Source: Mustelus asterias (taxonomy: Eukaryota). From it: DNA of 64,000 bases. Both the position numbers and the translations under genes were made by a program. The notes beneath the pieces are model-generated. The model ran no database searches and was not told where the DNA came from. It saw only the letters and a list, made by a program, of their open reading frames with translations. The stretch lies in NCBI RefSeq assembly GCF_964213995.1, contig NW_027590210.1:620001-684000 (forward strand). Reading direction: 5' to 3'. Shown here piece by piece: positions 61,620 to 64,000 of this stretch (positions within the stretch are counted from its first letter, which is position 1; each line of letters opens with the position of its first letter).

Positions 61620-64000
61620 CGCACTCACTCACTCTTATACACTTACTCACTTTGTACACTCACTCCCTATTACACACTTACACACACACACTCAAACACA
61701 CACACATCTCACACACACATTCACTCTCTCGGAAACACTCGCTTTAACACACTCTCATCAACATACACATAAATACTCCCTCACACGCTCTCACACACAC
61801 TCACATTCACTCACTCCACCCCCCCGCTCATTACACACTCACTCATCTCTCCCTTGCACACACACTCAGTCTATCTTTCATACACACACTCACACGAGGT
61901 ATTCATACACACACTGTCACACTCTCTCTCACACTCACACACACTCTCACACACACACACACTCTCTCACACACACTCACTCTCTCTCACACACTCACNN
62001 NNNNNNNNNNNNNNNNNNNNNNNNNNNNNNNNNNNNNNNNNNNNNNNNNNNNNNNNNNNNNNNNNNNNNNNNNNNNNNNNNNNNNNNNNNNNNNNNNNNN
62101 NNNNNNNNNNNNNNNNNNNNNNNNNNNNNNNNNNNNNNNNNNNNNNNNNNNNNNNNNNNNNNNNNNNNNNNNNNNNNNNNNNNNNNNNNNNNNNNNNNNN
62201 NNNNNNNNNNNNNNNNNNNNNNNNNNNNNNNNNNNNNNNNNNNNNNNNNNNNNNNNNNNNNNNNNNNNNNNNNNNNNNNNNNNNNNNNNNNNNNNNNNNN
62301 NNNNNNNNNNNNNNNNNNNNNNNNNNNNNNNNNNNNNNNNNNNNNNNNNNNNNNNNNNNNNNNNNNNNNNNNNNNNNNNNNNNNNNNNNNNNNNNNNNNN
62401 NNNNNNNNNNNNNNNNNNNNNNNNNNNNNNNNNNNNNNNNNNNNNNNNNNNNNNNNNNNNNNNNNNNNNNNNNNNNNNNNNNNNNNNNNNNNNNNNNNNN
62501 NNNNNNNNNNNNNNNNNNNNNNNNNNNNNNNNNNNNNNNNTGTGTCTCCCTCTCTCTGTGTCTCCCTCTCTCTGTGTCTCCCTCTCTCTGTGTCTCCCTC
62601 TCTCTGTGTCTCCCTCTCTCTGTGTCTCCCTCTCTCTGTGTGTCTCCCTCTCTCTGTGTGTCTCCCTCTCTCTGTGTGTCTCCCTCTCTCTGTGTGTCTC
62701 CCTCTCTCTGTGTGTCTCCCTCTCTCTGTGTGTCTCCCTCTCTCTGTGTGTCTCCCTCTCTCTGTGTGTCTCCCTCTCTCTGTGTGTCTCCCTCTCTCTG
62801 TGTGTCTCCCTCTCTCTGTGTGTCTCCCTCTCTCTGTGTGTCTCCCTCTCTCTGTGTGTCTCCCCCTCTCTGTGTGTCTCCCTCTCTCTGTGTGTCTCTC
62901 CCTCTCTCTAACTCTCCCTCTCTCTGTCTCTCCCTCTCTCTGCCTCTCCGTCTCTCTGCCTCTCCGACTCTCCCTCTCTCCGTCTCTCCCTCTCTCCGTC
63001 TCTCCCTCTCTCAGTCTCTCCCTCTCTCAGTCTCTCCCTCTCTCAGTCTCTCCCTCTCTCAGTCTCTCCCTCTCTCAGTCTCTCCCTCTCTCAGTCTCTC
63101 CCTCTCTCAGTCTCTCCCTCTCTCAGTCTCTCCCTCTCTCTGTGTCTCCCTCTCTCTGTGTCTCCCTCTCTCTGTGTCTCACTCTCTCTGCGTCTCACTC
63201 NNNNNNNNNNNNNNNNNNNNNNNNNNNNNNNNNNNNNNNNNNNNNNNNNNNNNNNNNNNNNNNNNNNNNNNNNNNNNNNNNNNNNNNNNNNNNNNNNNNN
63301 NNNNNNNNNNNNNNNNNNNNNNNNNNNNNNNNNNNNNNNNNNNNNNNNNNNNNNNNNNNNNNNNNNNNNNNNNNNNNNNNNNNNNNNNNNNNNNNNNNNN
63401 NNNNNNNNNNNNNNNNNNNNNNNNNNNNNNNNNNNNNNNNNNNNNNNNNNNNNNNNNNNNNNNNNNNNNNNNNNNNNNCCACTCTTTATCTCTGTCTCTC
63501 TCTTTCTGTGTGTCTCCCTCTCTGTGTCTCCCTCTCTGTGTCTCCCTCTCTGTGTCTCCCTCTCTGTGTCTCCCTCTCTGCGTCTCCCTCTCTGTGTCTC
63601 CCTCTCTGCGTCTCCCTCTCTGCGTCTCCCTCTCTGCGTCTCCCTCTCTGCGTCTCCCTCTCTGCGTCTCCCTCTCTGCGTCTCCCTCTCTGCGTCTCCC
63701 TCTCTGCGTCTCCCTCTCTGCGTCTCCCTCTCTGCGTCTCCCTCTCTGCGTCTCCCTCTCTGCGTCTCCCTCTCTGCGTCTCCCTCTCTGCGTCTCCCTC
63801 TCTGCGTCTCCCTCTCTGCGTCTCCCTCTCTGCGTCTCCCTCTCTGCGTCTCCCTCTCTGCGTCTCCCTCTCTGCGCCTCCCTCTCTCTGTGTCTCCCTC
63901 TCCTTGTGTCTCCCTCTCCCTGTGTCTCCCTCTCCCTGTGTCTCCCTCTCTCTGTCTCTCCCTCTCTCTGCCTCTCCGTCTCTCTGCCTCTCTCAGTCTC
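61620..64000. repeat. Low-complexity CA- and CT-rich micro/minisatellites interrupted by gaps
   Basis: (TGTGTCTCCCTCTCTC)n, (TGCGTCTCCCTCTC)n and similar. Confidence 0.9.

Overview
Vertebrate genomic DNA, almost certainly from a cartilaginous fish (shark), inferred from the repeat content and gene types. The window has three zones. (1) 1-17.5 kb: a minus-strand cluster of C2H2 zinc-finger arrays with no KRAB seen, two related CpG-rich palindromic promoter cassettes, and Penelope, Tx1 and CR1 retroelement debris. (2) 19.3-36.8 kb: a small mixed-orientation group of six T-cell receptor alpha/delta-like V segments, each followed by a 23-type recombination signal (RSS). After them come a degenerate J-like segment and a 3.2-kb tandem array of 58 x 56-bp units. 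Each unit carries a CACAGTG heptamer, a 12-bp spacer and a nonamer-like GCAGTAATC, so the array looks like an amplified 12-RSS beside 23-RSS V genes. This is the most unusual feature of the window. No constant region is present. (3) 36.8-64 kb: repeat-rich DNA with local segmental duplications, minisatellites, SINE/LINE fragments, five N-gaps and a candidate 5' end of an unidentified gene near 39.9-40.1 kb. All calls come from reading the sequence by eye; no database searches were run.
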